NCBI RefSeq assembly: GCF_001194135.2
Contig: NC_068989.1
Location: 73,801,339 to 73,865,338 of the forward strand
Direction of reading: 5' to 3'
DNA from: Octopus bimaculoides
Lineage: Eukaryota
DNA length: 64,000 nt
Shown here: positions 25,895 through 38,243 of the stretch, one piece after another
How positions within the stretch are numbered: position 1 is the stretch's first letter
Layout: every line of letters starts with the position of its first letter
Notes under the pieces: generated by a model
What the model saw: the letters and a program-made list of their open reading frames with translations, nothing else
Databases searched by the model: none
Told to the model about the DNA's origin: nothing
Program-made: the position numbers and the translations under genes

Positions 25895-26107
25895 GGCAGC
25901 GAGCTGGCAGAAACGTTAGCACACCGGGCGAAATGCTTAGCAGTATTTCGTCTGGTTTTACGTTCTGAGTTCAAATTCCGCCGAAGTCGATTTTGCCTTT
26001 CATCCTTTAGGGGTCAATAAATTAAGTACTAGTTGTACACTGGGGGAGATCTAATCAGCTGGCCCCCTCCCCCATAAATTTCTGGCCTTGTTCCTAGAGC
26101 AGAAAAG
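25895..26107 (+). mobile_element. SINE family A, short-tail, full length
   Basis: Complete head, core and tail. Flanking direct repeat aatatctattacaattgtaa at 25875-25894 and 26108-26127. Confidence 0.92.
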
Positions 26108-27574
26108 AATATCTATTACAATTGTAATGTTATAAAATTAGAGATAAGCTTGTGCTCCTCTATATTACTTCTGCATTCAACTTAGTATTTATTTATTTTC
26201 ATTAAAGCAACTACACATTTAAAATATATCATATCTGAAACTGTAGATTAAACTGCAAATTAATATATACAAAGTATAAATTAATATCGAAGAAACGTTA
26301 GTGGAATATAAATATAATCATTTCAACACGGACACAAACAGCAAAAATGAAAAGATTTAAAACCTTTAAATTAGAAATTCATTCGTGAGAAACAAAGATT
26401 AAATGAGACAGAGAGAATGAATGAGTGAACAAGAGTGAAGCGGAGAGATTGAGAGAGACTTAGATTTAGAGAGAGCAAGATATATAGTGAGAGAGAGATA
26501 GAGAGATGGGGGACAAATTAAGTGAGAGAGTGAGAGAGGGGGAAACAAAGATTTATGTACTTACAACATGAAGATGGGAAAGTGTTTAGAAAGATTAGCA
26601 AGTTACAACAAGGGGAATATCGCGAGAGAAAAGCTGATGCAGTCTAAGAATACATTGAGCATGAACGCATGCATTATCAGTATAGAAGCTACAGACTAGA
26701 GGCTAAATGAAAAGTAAATTGCAACAGATAAAGATAAATGAGATATATATTTGGAATTGGCACAAAAGATAAGATCTAGAATGCTGAAGTGGAGATAACT
26801 TGTGTTATTAGTGAAATAATTTCGTACGACTTGTAACAAAATCTGAAAAATAGATTTATTATAATGTTTGAAGTGTGTACAAGAATGGTGTCTGGCAAAC
26901 CACAGACAAATATACTCAGTGTTGATAATCGAAATCTAAAGCTATTCGTTGCAGCTATTCATTCAGTTGTTGTATCATAAAATTCTTGTACGGCAGCCAA
27001 TAGAGCCGTTTATTCGACTTCATAGAAAAAAATATCCAAATTTCACTCAAATCTCGGTCTGTTGTCTTCAAAAATAAAGAGCAGACGTATTTGTTAACTG
27101 TACTCTAACAAACTACAAATTAAAATAAGCGAGATCGCATGGTCAGAATACCTTAGATCATAGGTTTACTTAATCAGTGCTGACTTAGGGTTAACTCACA
27201 GAAAATAATTTGAGACTTGCTGGGTATCAAGTGTATCAATGATACATGGAAAGCGATTGAGGAAACCAGGATTTCTCGGGGAGGGTTTTTGAGGATTCAA
27301 TAGAGGACAGACCAAATAACTGTTTAATAAAATTAAGATTTAAAAAAGAAACCCATTAACGTGCCTAATTACGTTCCAGATACACCTCACTGATGATCTG
27401 GAATACATTATTAATGGTATCTCTGGGATGTTAGGATTGCCTTCATCTGTGAACATCAGACTCCTATCTATTGATATCTATCTATCTATCTATCTATCTA
27501 TCTGTCTATGTACCAATCAATATTTACCTACCCTTTACTTGTAGAAATTGAATATACACACATAAATACATACG

Positions 27575-27621
<47 letters not shown>

Positions 27622-27845
27622 GAGATAGAGAGAGGGCAAACTGTTATTGAAAAATCCGAATCCTGCTAAGTTCCCAGAAACATAATTGTTAATGCATTCC
27701 TGAGCATCGGTGAGGAGATTTTAAATTCTGATGTCTCTCTTCATAACAACGTTTCCTTGCAGGATGACTTTATCCGAATTGTTTGATTTTCAACTCCCTA
27801 CGGCAAGTTAATAGTGGTATTTTTTTCATTTGTTACCGAATAATA

Positions 27846-28060
27846 TAGGAGGGGGTGTTGAAAAGTTTCTGGCTTTATGGGTGTCTCGAATGGCCTGGTT
27901 GAAAGGCTCAACATTCCGAGTTCTTTTACAAGGTTTAGAAAAACTGAAAGACCGCTGCAGTGCGTGGATTTGACAGGGGAACATGATGAATAAAATTCTA
28001 AGTAACCGTTCCTCATGTATTTACTTTTACCCAGTCAGAATCTTTTCAGCATCCCTTCGT
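27846..28060 (+). mobile_element. Non-autonomous mariner element (~215 bp)
   Basis: TIRs taggagggggtgttgaaaagtttctggct / agtcagaatcttttcagcatcccttcgt (TACGAGGG type). Internal frameshifted remnant GLEKLKDRCS..VDL.G matches the mariner C-terminal GIEKL..RW.KC...G.Y motif. Confidence 0.82.
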
Positions 28061-28861
28061 GTGCACGCGCGCGCGCGCACTGAAAAGTTGCTATTTAGAA
28101 TGAGATAGCATAACTGCTATGAACGTATATCCAACTTCAATCAAGTATTCAACAATTTGTCTTCTGATTATCTTGTTGTATTATATACATTTGAATGAAT
28201 GATCAACAGCATATGTATTCCAGTGGAGAATACAAGCCGGGATTTAGTTAAATGCTTTATTATAACATTATAAATTGCATTATATTTATACGTATCTCAC
28301 TAGCGAACTCTAGTTTCACTAACGAAAAATGCCGTTCTCATTTAGCTCTGCACACTAACTGAGGTTAGTGAATAACTATGGAACACATTACTTATTTCAT
28401 TCAGAAGATCTGGCACTTCAGGATGATTATTGGGTCTCCCAAGGCACAAGCTTTGTTTCAACACGGAATTTCACATCAAGAATATTGCAAACCAAATGCA
28501 AAGACGATGTATACGCACACAATACACGCACTCACGCATAGTTTATTTTATAAGAATTTACTTCTAACTTTATAGAAGCTGCAGGAGTTATAAAATAAAT
28601 AATTTAAACCATGGAATTCAACGGAAATAAATCTATAAATACTAGCATGTAGAAAAACTCTTTGAACAGAGGAAAACTGAAGGTTGCACATGGGACAGTG
28701 CTATTTTGGTATAATGGTTGTCATAACCACAGATGTGGATTTGTGTCCGTCAGGCAACCTACGTCTTTTTTCTATTCAAGATCTTTTAAACCAATATTCT
28801 GCTACATGCTGTTATTTATAATTCTGAAGTTAAAATGATTTATTTAATATCTCTAAGCAAA

Positions 28862-29078
28862 TAATAATGGTTTCAAGTTTGGGGATAAGTCTAACAAAGT
28901 CAGGGGAGGGGTAAGTCTATTACATAGATTCCTCAGCTTAATTGATTCTTATTTTATCGAGACCGAAAGGACGAGAGGTACAGTCAATCTTGGAAGAATT
29001 TGAGCTCAGAATGTAATGATGGACGAAATGCCGCTAAGCATTCTAACCGGTGTGCTAACGATTCTGAAGCTTACCGCG
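28862..29078 (-). mobile_element. Diverged SINE family A
   Basis: ttttatcgagaccgaaaggacgagagg core and gacgaaatgccgctaagcatt head segment. Confidence 0.65.
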
Positions 29079-29625
29079 TTTTTCTAAAGGAATAATAATA
29101 AATTCATATAATATAAAGAGTATAAAATTTTCGCTGATAAGAACAGAACTTCCGAAATGACTATATAGACCTCAAAAGCTTTTTTGGTATAATGGTAGTA
29201 CATCTGTCATGACTACAGACGATGTCGGTTCGTGTCATGCTTTTGACTTTTTTCTATTTTTTAAAATCAAATATTCTATATGATGCTCTTTATACCTTTA
29301 TCTACTTCGAGTTATAAAGTTGACACGACTTATATATCCACACACACGTATATCGTTTAAACTGTGGAAATCAAAGTAGATAAAGTTATAAATTGATAGC
29401 GTATAATAACTGTGTTAAAGACTATTTCGACAGACAAAAATCGAAGGTATCCTGTGGGATACGTCTCCCGTAATCTTTAAATTCTTTATGACGTAAATAA
29501 TATATGTCTGCATGTGTGTGTGAAAATGGTTCATATACTCTTCTCTGCACCGCAGTTCTTGCCTGGACAATATCGATAATCATTCAAGAAACTATAACTA
29601 TATGCCAAATGCAGATGTTGGTTCA

Positions 29626-29675
<50 letters not shown>

Positions 29676-31645
29676 GGAATAAATGAATACAAAACTAAAA
29701 GAAAAGTGGGAGTGAAAAATACCAAACTACTTTCTGTTGATATTTCTTTCAAAACTTTCATTCGTCTGATTCAGCTTTGGTTCTTAATAAGACTTACTTT
29801 TGCTTGAGCAGAAATTGGGAAATGGGGCGTGAGGAGGGGAGGTGTGAGAGAATTCTGAAAACAACGATTCTTTGGAATGTTTTATAGTAAAACTGTCAGC
29901 AGTGTGTGTATGTGTATGTATAACAATATCTGTGCATGATGTGCACTCGAGGCTTATGTGTGTCCTGCTTTCTGTCTTTATTCCATTCATCAACAAATAA
30001 GTGTGCAAGTGACAGTGAAATTGTTGAAAAGGCTGTTTAGCGAGCTAAAACGACAAAAAAATTGATAAACTGAAGAATAACTTCTGTCGTAGAATTTTCA
30101 ATAGAGAAAGAGATTTGTGTGTTCGGACAATTTGCGCTGTTAGGGATATGCCGTCAGCACATCTGCATCTATTAATAACATATATGATTTCGTTGCGTGC
30201 TGAAAAGAGCCAAATACATTAAAATATAGCTAGCAACCTGATCCGCAGATCCGGTTTCGATTTCTTGTTGAATCTGCATTCTTTGATTTAAATTCTTGTT
30301 GCTACTAGAAAGAGAGGATGGTCACATTTTGCTAGTTAAATACACGCGCTATAGTGCCTGTATTTAATTGGCAAAATTTGACCTTTCCCAAGTATATCAA
30401 TGTCTATTTCAACATACGAATCTTGCAAAACAAATACGTATTCCATTTATCTTTCCTTATAAATATTTGGACGTTTGTATAAATAATACAATTGAAGGGG
30501 AGAAGGTATATTTTTATGTCTTCTGTGCATGTGACTTGTGCATGTATGCTACGATTTGTCTGTGTTTGAGTGTACCTGAGGAAAAGACTCTGTGTGTGTG
30601 TGTGTGTATGTGTGTACACGCGCGCACAAATATTAAAAAGGCAGATGAGTTGCTGAGAATTTAGAAGCTCGCTTTTCTTTTCCTCTACAAATATTTGGAT
30701 TTTCCTTTAAATAATGATTTCTAATTTGCTGGAGTCAATTCTTTATCCTTCTCTCTATCTCTATCCTTACATTGTCTGTAATTCAAAAGTTCAAACTTAT
30801 ATTGTATATCGCCCTTTTCAACCTTAAAATTGTCTTAAGAGACAACTCATCCATAGAATTGTTCGAGCAAGGATTTAGTTGGTCGAAGTCAAACAATGGA
30901 TTACTCAACGTTGAGACCGAAGGAGAATTTTACCGAGGATAAGAACAATTAAGTTGATTTTATTTAATACGCACAGAAAAGAATTAAGGCGAGAGAAAAA
31001 AAAGAAAAGTATTAGATTTCACTTAAAAATTTTAATTTACTTAGTCTTTTTGCATGATTAAAAGAATTACTACTGGCATTGACGTGCTGTCCTCACTTTC
31101 AATTTATTTCACTAGAACAACAAAGAACGATCTATATTCTTTTCCCAGTTTAGATAAATAAAAAAAAAAATCAATTGAATCTAATTCTTTTGATAGGATT
31201 AATCAATATGTTAAGAACTAGCAACACGAAATTTTCCTTCTGATGAGTGAAAATGTATTTTCACAAATTATTCATCAAAACTGCAGGCTTCTATGCAGCT
31301 TAGATGAAAAGAAAATGCATGAAAGAAATTAAAAATATATTGCCCCGATTTTGTAGTGTTATTAACGACTAACTACTATTTTAGATATTTTAGGCCGTAA
31401 TTACAGCAACTAAAATATCAGAGATCAGATTTAATTGAAAACATTTTATCTATTATAAACGCTTATAGTCAATTAGAGCTTAGCTTCTATTAAAACGGAT
31501 AATTTCTATCGAGGTGATTTATTTCTTCACTCCTCACCCCCATCACCACCACACACAGTCAGCTAAATTATCATACTGGAAACAAAAGATGAATGCAAAA
31601 CAAAAAAGAAAACGATAAGGCCACAGCATCAACAAAATTCCGAAC

Positions 31646-31683
<38 letters not shown>

Positions 31684-31904
31684 CATACATGATGTTGGAC
31701 TCACCAGTCGAAGACAACGTATGAACGTTTAGCGTTTGTCGAACGACCTGAACGAATGATTTGTTTATAGTGATCAAGTGTTCCGTGCTGCACATTAGCT
31801 CACTCCCTCCATCAAATCTGAAAAGGTGCACTGTGTACCATGCATTTGTGTTGAAGTGATAGCATAGCAACGCGAGGTGAAGCGTTTCGCTCAAGAATAC
31901 AACA

Positions 31905-32138
31905 CAGCGGCGAACTGGCAGAAACGTTAGCACGCCGGGCGAAATGCATAGCGGTATTTCGTCTGCCGTTACGTTCCGAGTTCAAATTCCGCCGAGGTCG
32001 ACTTTGCCTTTCATCCTTTCGGGGTCGATAAATTAAGTACCCGTTACGAACCGGGGTCGTTACGCACTGGGGTCGTTACGCACTGTCTGTCTTTGTTTGT
32101 CCCCTCTATGTTTAGCTCCTTGTGGGCAATAAAGAAAT
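31905..32138 (+). mobile_element. SINE family A, long-tail, with internal rearrangement
   Basis: Full head. ggggtcgttacgcact is repeated at about 32053-32085. TSD aagaatacaaca at 31893-31904 and 32139-32150. Confidence 0.9.
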
Positions 32139-32558
32139 AAGAATACAACATACTACTCGGTTTTGGGACTGAAATCTTTTAAAAGTTCAACGATCAAGAA
32201 ATAATGTTTACTCTAGCCAGCCAGCCAGACACGTATCCAAAACCAATTCTCCCCAAAATCACACACCAGAGTTTTGAAAAACAGTAGGGCACACTGAATA
32301 TTATAGTCGTAGATACTCTTTGCCGCAGTAAGAAACGGAATGGTCCTTGAACTCTTCAAACAACATCAAAAACTGTTGTTCATTTCAAAGACACTTCAAA
32401 ATGTCTATAAAGGGTGGCTAAATTGTCTTCAGTAGATGAGTTTGGAGTAACCATACAATCGTTATGTTATTTGAAGAAGACTGAAATGATAAATCATCGG
32501 GTTCACATGCTAGATATATATATAAGATGTACAAATTACAGAACTACTACTATTACTA

Positions 32559-32764
32559 TAATTTTCCGGTTTATTTTCATTTTATTTATCTTCCGATCGA
32601 GTCTCAACCAGAGACCTAAGGCACGTATATGCTGTGTGTGGTTGCTGTCAATATAACTTTTTGAGTCTCATGGATTGTTGGTTTCCCAGGGATCTGGTTA
32701 GAAATTTTGTCACTATCTTTTTTGATCATTCCAAAGGTACTCACAACTACAGGAATAGTTTTGG

Positions 32765-32765
<1 letters not shown>
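32559..32765 (-). mobile_element. 5'-truncated 3' end of an RLE-type (R4/Dong-like) non-LTR retrotransposon
   Basis: Translation TKTIPVVVSTFGMIKKDSDKISNQIPGKPTIHETQKVILTATTHSI matches the C-terminal TIPVVIGALG.I.K...IPG.P...EIQK..L..TAHI motif. Flanked by (TAG/TAA)n on both sides. Confidence 0.75.
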
Positions 32766-32802
<37 letters not shown>

Positions 32803-32825
32803 TTATTATTATTATTACTATTATT

Positions 32826-33620
32826 AAGGCGTCGAGCTGTCAGAGTCGATAAAATAAGCACTAAAGTCGACCTTATTGACCTACCCTTCCCCCCAAACTT
32901 ACTAGTCTTATGCCAAAATTTGAAACCACCACCACCACCATCATCATCATCATCGTCATCGTCGTCGTCGTTGTTGTTGTTGTTGTTATTAAGAAGAAGA
33001 AGAAGAAGAAGAAGACGGCGAGCTAACAGAATCGTTTGTACGCAGGGCGAAAAGCTTAGCTATATTTCGTCTGCCTTTACGTTTTGAGTTCAAATTCAGC
33101 CGAGGTCGATTTCGCCTTTCATCCTTTCGGGGTCGATAATTTAAGTACGTGTTGATTACTGGGATTGCTGTAATCGACTAGTCTGCTTCCCCAAAGTTTC
33201 AAGACCTTGTGCTTTTATTAGAATCGATTATTACTATTATTATTATTATTGTAAGACTGATGAAATATTGTGCAAGCCAATTACTGTGATCGATGGTATC
33301 AACTGTCCCTTCCGTCAAAACTCCTGTTCTTGATCCTGAATTAAAAACAATTACTATCATTATCATAATTAAGGCGGCGAGCTGGCAAAAATCATTACCC
33401 TATCGGACAAAAAGCTAAGAAGTATTTCTTCCGAGTCTTTACTTTCTGACATGAAATGCAGCCGAGATCGATTTTGCCTTTCACGCTTCTGGGGTCGGTC
33501 AAATAAAGTACCAGCCTTTCATCCCTCTGGGGTTTGGTCAAATAAAGTACCGAGGTAGATGGTATCGATCAACCCTTCATCCCCAAGACTGCTGGCCGTG
33601 TAAATAAATTCGGGACAATC
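32826..33620 (+). mobile_element. Cluster of three SINE family A copies separated by trinucleotide microsatellites
   Basis: Heads at about 32826, 33013 and 33371. The third carries a duplicated core (ggggtcggtcaaataaagtacc / ggggtttggtcaaataaagtacc). Confidence 0.8.
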
Positions 33621-34459
33621 ATTATAATTGTTGTTGTTATATTTCTCTTGTAAGAATGAGATGCATTCGGTTGCAGTTGGATATTTACCAAGTGCAAACG
33701 AAGAAAAATATTTGTATTTGGATAATTTTCAACAATAAACCTTTTGAAATGATATGGACGTCTGCTTAACATAAAGTTGGAGACATAAAGTCTACCATTT
33801 TTGGACATTATTTTAATTTTCTGTTTTTGTTTACATGTAATTCAAAATAGCTTCTCGACAGCTCATTTAAAATATACTGAGCATTGAGAAAGATAGCAAA
33901 AAGAAAAAGGAATAGGAGGCCAAATTTAATTTGACAGCAGCACCCATCCATCGCACACGGAAGAAATAATTATAATTAATTCTTAAAGACGTCAATTTAG
34001 ACAATATGAACGACGCTGTTAACAACAACAACATGCTTTTTGCCAAACGAAGAAATTCTAGCCAAAATTAATACGTGACAGTGTTGTTTTGGATAACACA
34101 GATATGATTAGCAATTATTTCGCTTGCGTTGCTAGCAACGATGGCTAGAACAATATATAACTTAGTAGGGAGAAAAATAAATTTGACCGAGAAAACGCCT
34201 TCCTTCCTGAGGTCCCTATCCAAGAGCAGGCAAAGTTACATATGTTTGAATCTCGAAACATACAGAGGTTTTCCTGATGCTTTCAAAGCAAGAACTGGCT
34301 GGTGTACGGAATAACAACTCTTCCACCTCTGAGGGTAGTGTTTATGGAACCGTATACCTGGTTTTAAAAAAAAACAGTGAACAGAAAAGGTATTAGGCCG
34401 AACCGGTACTTCAAACTTTTATCAATCGGCTTATGCCATATGTGAAGTACGCAACATCA

Positions 34460-34640
34460 AGGCCATGGTGAAAGACATTGGTGGTGGTAACGTTTAAACA
34501 TAATGTGTGGTTGTGTTCGTGACACTTCACGAGTAAGGATTAAATGTCGAAGTGCATAAAGAGATATATAGTCGGAAGTGGCCTGTGCGAACGTCATCTT
34601 CGAGGACCACACAGCCATTTTGGAGCTGTGTTTCGTAGAA
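34460..34640 (+). mobile_element. Possible Tc1-type transposase fossil
   Basis: VK.IGGGNV..MCGCV resembles the Tc1 VKHGGGxVMVWGCF motif, and VIFEDHTA resembles FQQDN...HTA. Heavily decayed. Confidence 0.3.
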
Positions 34641-35119
34641 GGTGAGGAAAGTAATTCAATGAGTGGCGATGTACCAGCAAGGACTGTCGGCAAGCTACCT
34701 AGGTTGAAGAGATAAAAGACAAAGGACGAGAGAGAGAGAGAGAGATAGAGAGGGTGGGGTGTGAGTGACACGGAGGGGATGTGTGTGGGTGTGTACAAGA
34801 TATCAGCGGACAGAACAATAATACGTTCCAGAAGCTGCATTGTAGTTTCTAGAGTAGCACCGACCTCATCGCTGTTGTTTGCAGCTACAAGGATGATTAA
34901 AAATACTTTTGTCTTCATCATCAGAAACCAATCACCAGGAAGACTTCAGCCAGGAAGTTGACGAGCAGGAAGCTGCTGTTGTGTACATCTCATCGTCTTA
35001 CGATGACGTGGAGGAAATGGAAGATGGAATTGCAAAATGTCAAGGGCTGTGGGAAGAAATCTTTAAATTTGACAAAAGGAAAGCAAAACAATAAATGTAA
35101 GAATTATCAGTAGTATGCA

Positions 35120-35505
35120 AGTAACGTATGCTTCGTAGTATTTCTCCCGATTTCTCTTTTAATTTTTTACGTTTCAAGTTCAAATCCTGTCGAATGCAAC
35201 TTTATTTTTTATTCTTTTGGGATTGATAAAATAAAGTACCACTAAATAATGGGTTCGATATAATCTACCAGCCCAATTCCGCTAAAACTTCTGGCCTTGT
35301 GCTAAAATTTGAAACATTTACTATTGCTACTACTGAGTTGCCAGAATCGATAGCACGCCGGGCAAAATACATAGCGGCATTTCTTCCGGATTTTTACGTT
35401 CTGAGTTCAAATTCCACCAAGGTCGACTTGCCTTTCGGGTTAATAAGTACCAGTTGAGCGCCGAGGTTGAAATCGCAAGCCTTGTGTCAAAATTTTAAAG
35501 ATTAT
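35120..35505 (+). mobile_element. Two tandem diverged SINE family A copies
   Basis: B-box-like agttcaaat at about 35177 and 35403; short tails ggccttgtgctaaaatttgaaac and gccttgtgtcaaaatttt. Confidence 0.7.
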
Positions 35506-36914
35506 TGCTATGATCGCATCATCAAAGTCAGTGTCTCTGTTTTAAATTGACCCAATTTCTTTCTAATAGTATTTGTTAATTTCCATCATGCCTTCCTTTA
35601 TTCACCGTTAAATCTCGTAAATTAAAAGCAAAAATTAATATTTCTCTAGAATATGAAAATAACAGAGTGAAAGAAAAATGTCAGTTGTCTCAAGAATTCG
35701 TACCAAACTTGCTGCTGTAAAATAGTATCAAGTATTATATTTGTCATCTATCATCGGTCGGTTATCTGTTATACAACAACATATATGAGCGTATTTAATT
35801 CACATATGAGGCTCTAAAGCTGAAACAGTCATTCAGCCTACTCGAAATAACAACCAGGTCCCACCCAGCAGTCCATAGAACATTTTGATTACTATTTATT
35901 GTTGGAAGTTTAAGGCTGACCTTTGCTCTGAATATGTAAGCATGGGCATGATTTATTGAAGATGACATGGAGTTGCCCATGCATGCAAGTATCCTCTCAT
36001 CACGACATTGACGTTTGTCCAAAAGAAAGTACGAAAACCTGGGACAATACACCTTGGAATGAAAGTCTCGCAGGCGTTGCTGTCAGAACCTAAAGGGTAA
36101 AAACAAATATCGCAAAGCATACTGCTTGACCCCTCTCACAGTTACACTAATCCGCCGCTGTGAATTGATACTTTGTATTCGATCTCGAAATGATGAAAGG
36201 CAAAGTTGATCTCTATAAAATTTATAGAAAGCCTTTGCTTGCTGAAAAGGCTGACCAGTGGCTAAACAACAAATATAATATTTTAAATAAGTTCTATGGC
36301 TTTCTGCAATGAAACATTATTGCTTGGACGGTCTTCCAGCTTTGACTATTTGGTCATCTGCTCAGGAATATTATATTTAACACTGAATTCTTTTGCGTAC
36401 TCACTCATTTTTTTTCGTGCGTTTAAAAAAAAATTAGTGGTTTTTCTTTTTTAGCTAGACGAAACTGGTGGATAGAGGATTCCTTATTCACCCGCCAAAC
36501 AAACGGACTCATTCAAAAAAAGTTTCAACAACAGTAGGCTTTGTAGGAAAAGAGATATAAATAACAAGCATCAACAAGAATAAAACAGATGCATAGGGAA
36601 ATAGCGGCAGCGTCAATAACGTCTTTAACCTCAAAGACTATGATGAGATGTACAACGTAAGTAATAAATGCAGAGAAATAATAGCTATGATGTTCGAATA
36701 ATCTCTGCTCACACAGAAAGTGAATCATCAATTATTTCAAACTCCTCAAGGATGATAGAAATTAAGAGGGGAAGTGCTCAAACTACTGGAGGTGAGAGGT
36801 TCTACGTGGGTACTCAATTTACTAAAAAGTAGCAGCTAAATTTCCTAAAAAAACACTCCGTGATACACAAGATGTTAGAATTGGCACAACAGAACGCCTC
36901 TGATAATAGGTGTA

Positions 36915-36964
<50 letters not shown>

Positions 36965-37089
36965 ACACCATTGAAAGGCGTGATGCCGTGGTTTTTGACT
37001 GAGAGAATATCTCTTCATAGACATGTTGTGTGAAAAACAACATATTTCGGACCAAAACGAACATCGTCCCATTAGTACCTCACGAGAAA

Positions 37090-37127
37090 GTCAGACGCGT
37101 TTCGGCCATTCTAACCTTGTCAACGAC
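37090..37127 (-). ncRNA. Minimal type-I hammerhead-like motif with U3-A8 core
   Basis: Minus strand GUCG-UUGACAA-GGUUA-gaa-UGGCC-GAAAC-GC-GUC-UGAC. Helix I GUCG/UGAC, helix II GGUUA/UGGCC, palindromic ACGCGU helix III, GUC cleavage triplet. Confidence 0.6.
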
Positions 37128-38243
37128 GTGTACTCGGTCGTCATATGCTTGGACGAAATTTGTTCCCTCCGATATTTAGGAAACAGTAAAAGATATAATC
37201 ACTGATATTCTGCAAAGCTTGTACAGTTGAAATAAACTCGACGCACACATGTTTATAAAGGTATTTTCTGTCAGACAAAACCTTACAACATTAAGCTTTT
37301 CAATGTATATACATTAAGTATGATGTGATACACAGGTGGCTACTGACCTCAATTAAATGGCGATATAGCATATCTGGAACCACAGATTTGTGGGATGTAT
37401 CAATTTCTTCCTAGTTATTTACAGGCCATACGATTGTTCATTCAGAATTGATCCAGGGTTACACAGCAACATTAGCGTTAAGTTGATCTCTCTTCTCGCT
37501 GTGCCTGTTTCTACTGCTACCAAAAGACTTCTGCACCTCGTAGTGGGCTGGTCTCTTATCATCCCAGAAGAGGACCCCCTGTGTTATTTGTATACACTGT
37601 GGTCCTCTGTATTGTGTCCCTTATCCCTAGGCTCCACAATAACCTGATTTACTCAGGTCTTCCTTTTGGAAATGCCAGCCTCAAGAAATTCCTCTAGAAA
37701 AATTAAACATTTTTTTTTATTTTACAACTTTTCAATCGGATCATTGATCACATTGATCTCACCGGCTTTTCGGTGTGTCGGAGGATCTGTGAATGTCATG
37801 GATCCAACCCTTTCCTCCAGAACGAACCATTAAAAACGAAAAACAAAAGCACCAAAAACCTATTTCGAATTACAAAACTTTGAACATGAAACAGTTAAAT
37901 TATTCCATCTTTTGATAGGCTGATAAACAAGTTTGTTTCAATTCCCGAATAAGTTATGCTGGCAACATTTGGTCAGCTGATGGTAATCAACGTAAACTGT
38001 GTGTAAAAAGTAAATCGATAGAAAGCAATTATGGAACTGATTAAGCTTTAGAGAGAAAGTATCAGTTAAAATTATAAAAATAAACCATCAATAAACGAAA
38101 ACCTTTGCAAATCTGAAAGTTTAATTCAGCTGTTATATCGTGAGGCCAGTAGTAAGCAAGTAAAGCGTTTTCCCGTTTTGAAGACTTGCTGTCGTTTTTA
38201 ACTGTCGATCATTATGATGCAGAGTGAACAGGTCTGCCATCTC

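Noticed and set aside
36590-36660. Plus-strand donor AAC|gtaagt after an open stretch (also 42594-42623 and 46869-46960)
   Set aside because: Upstream stops or weak partner sites; indistinguishable from chance splice-like signals.
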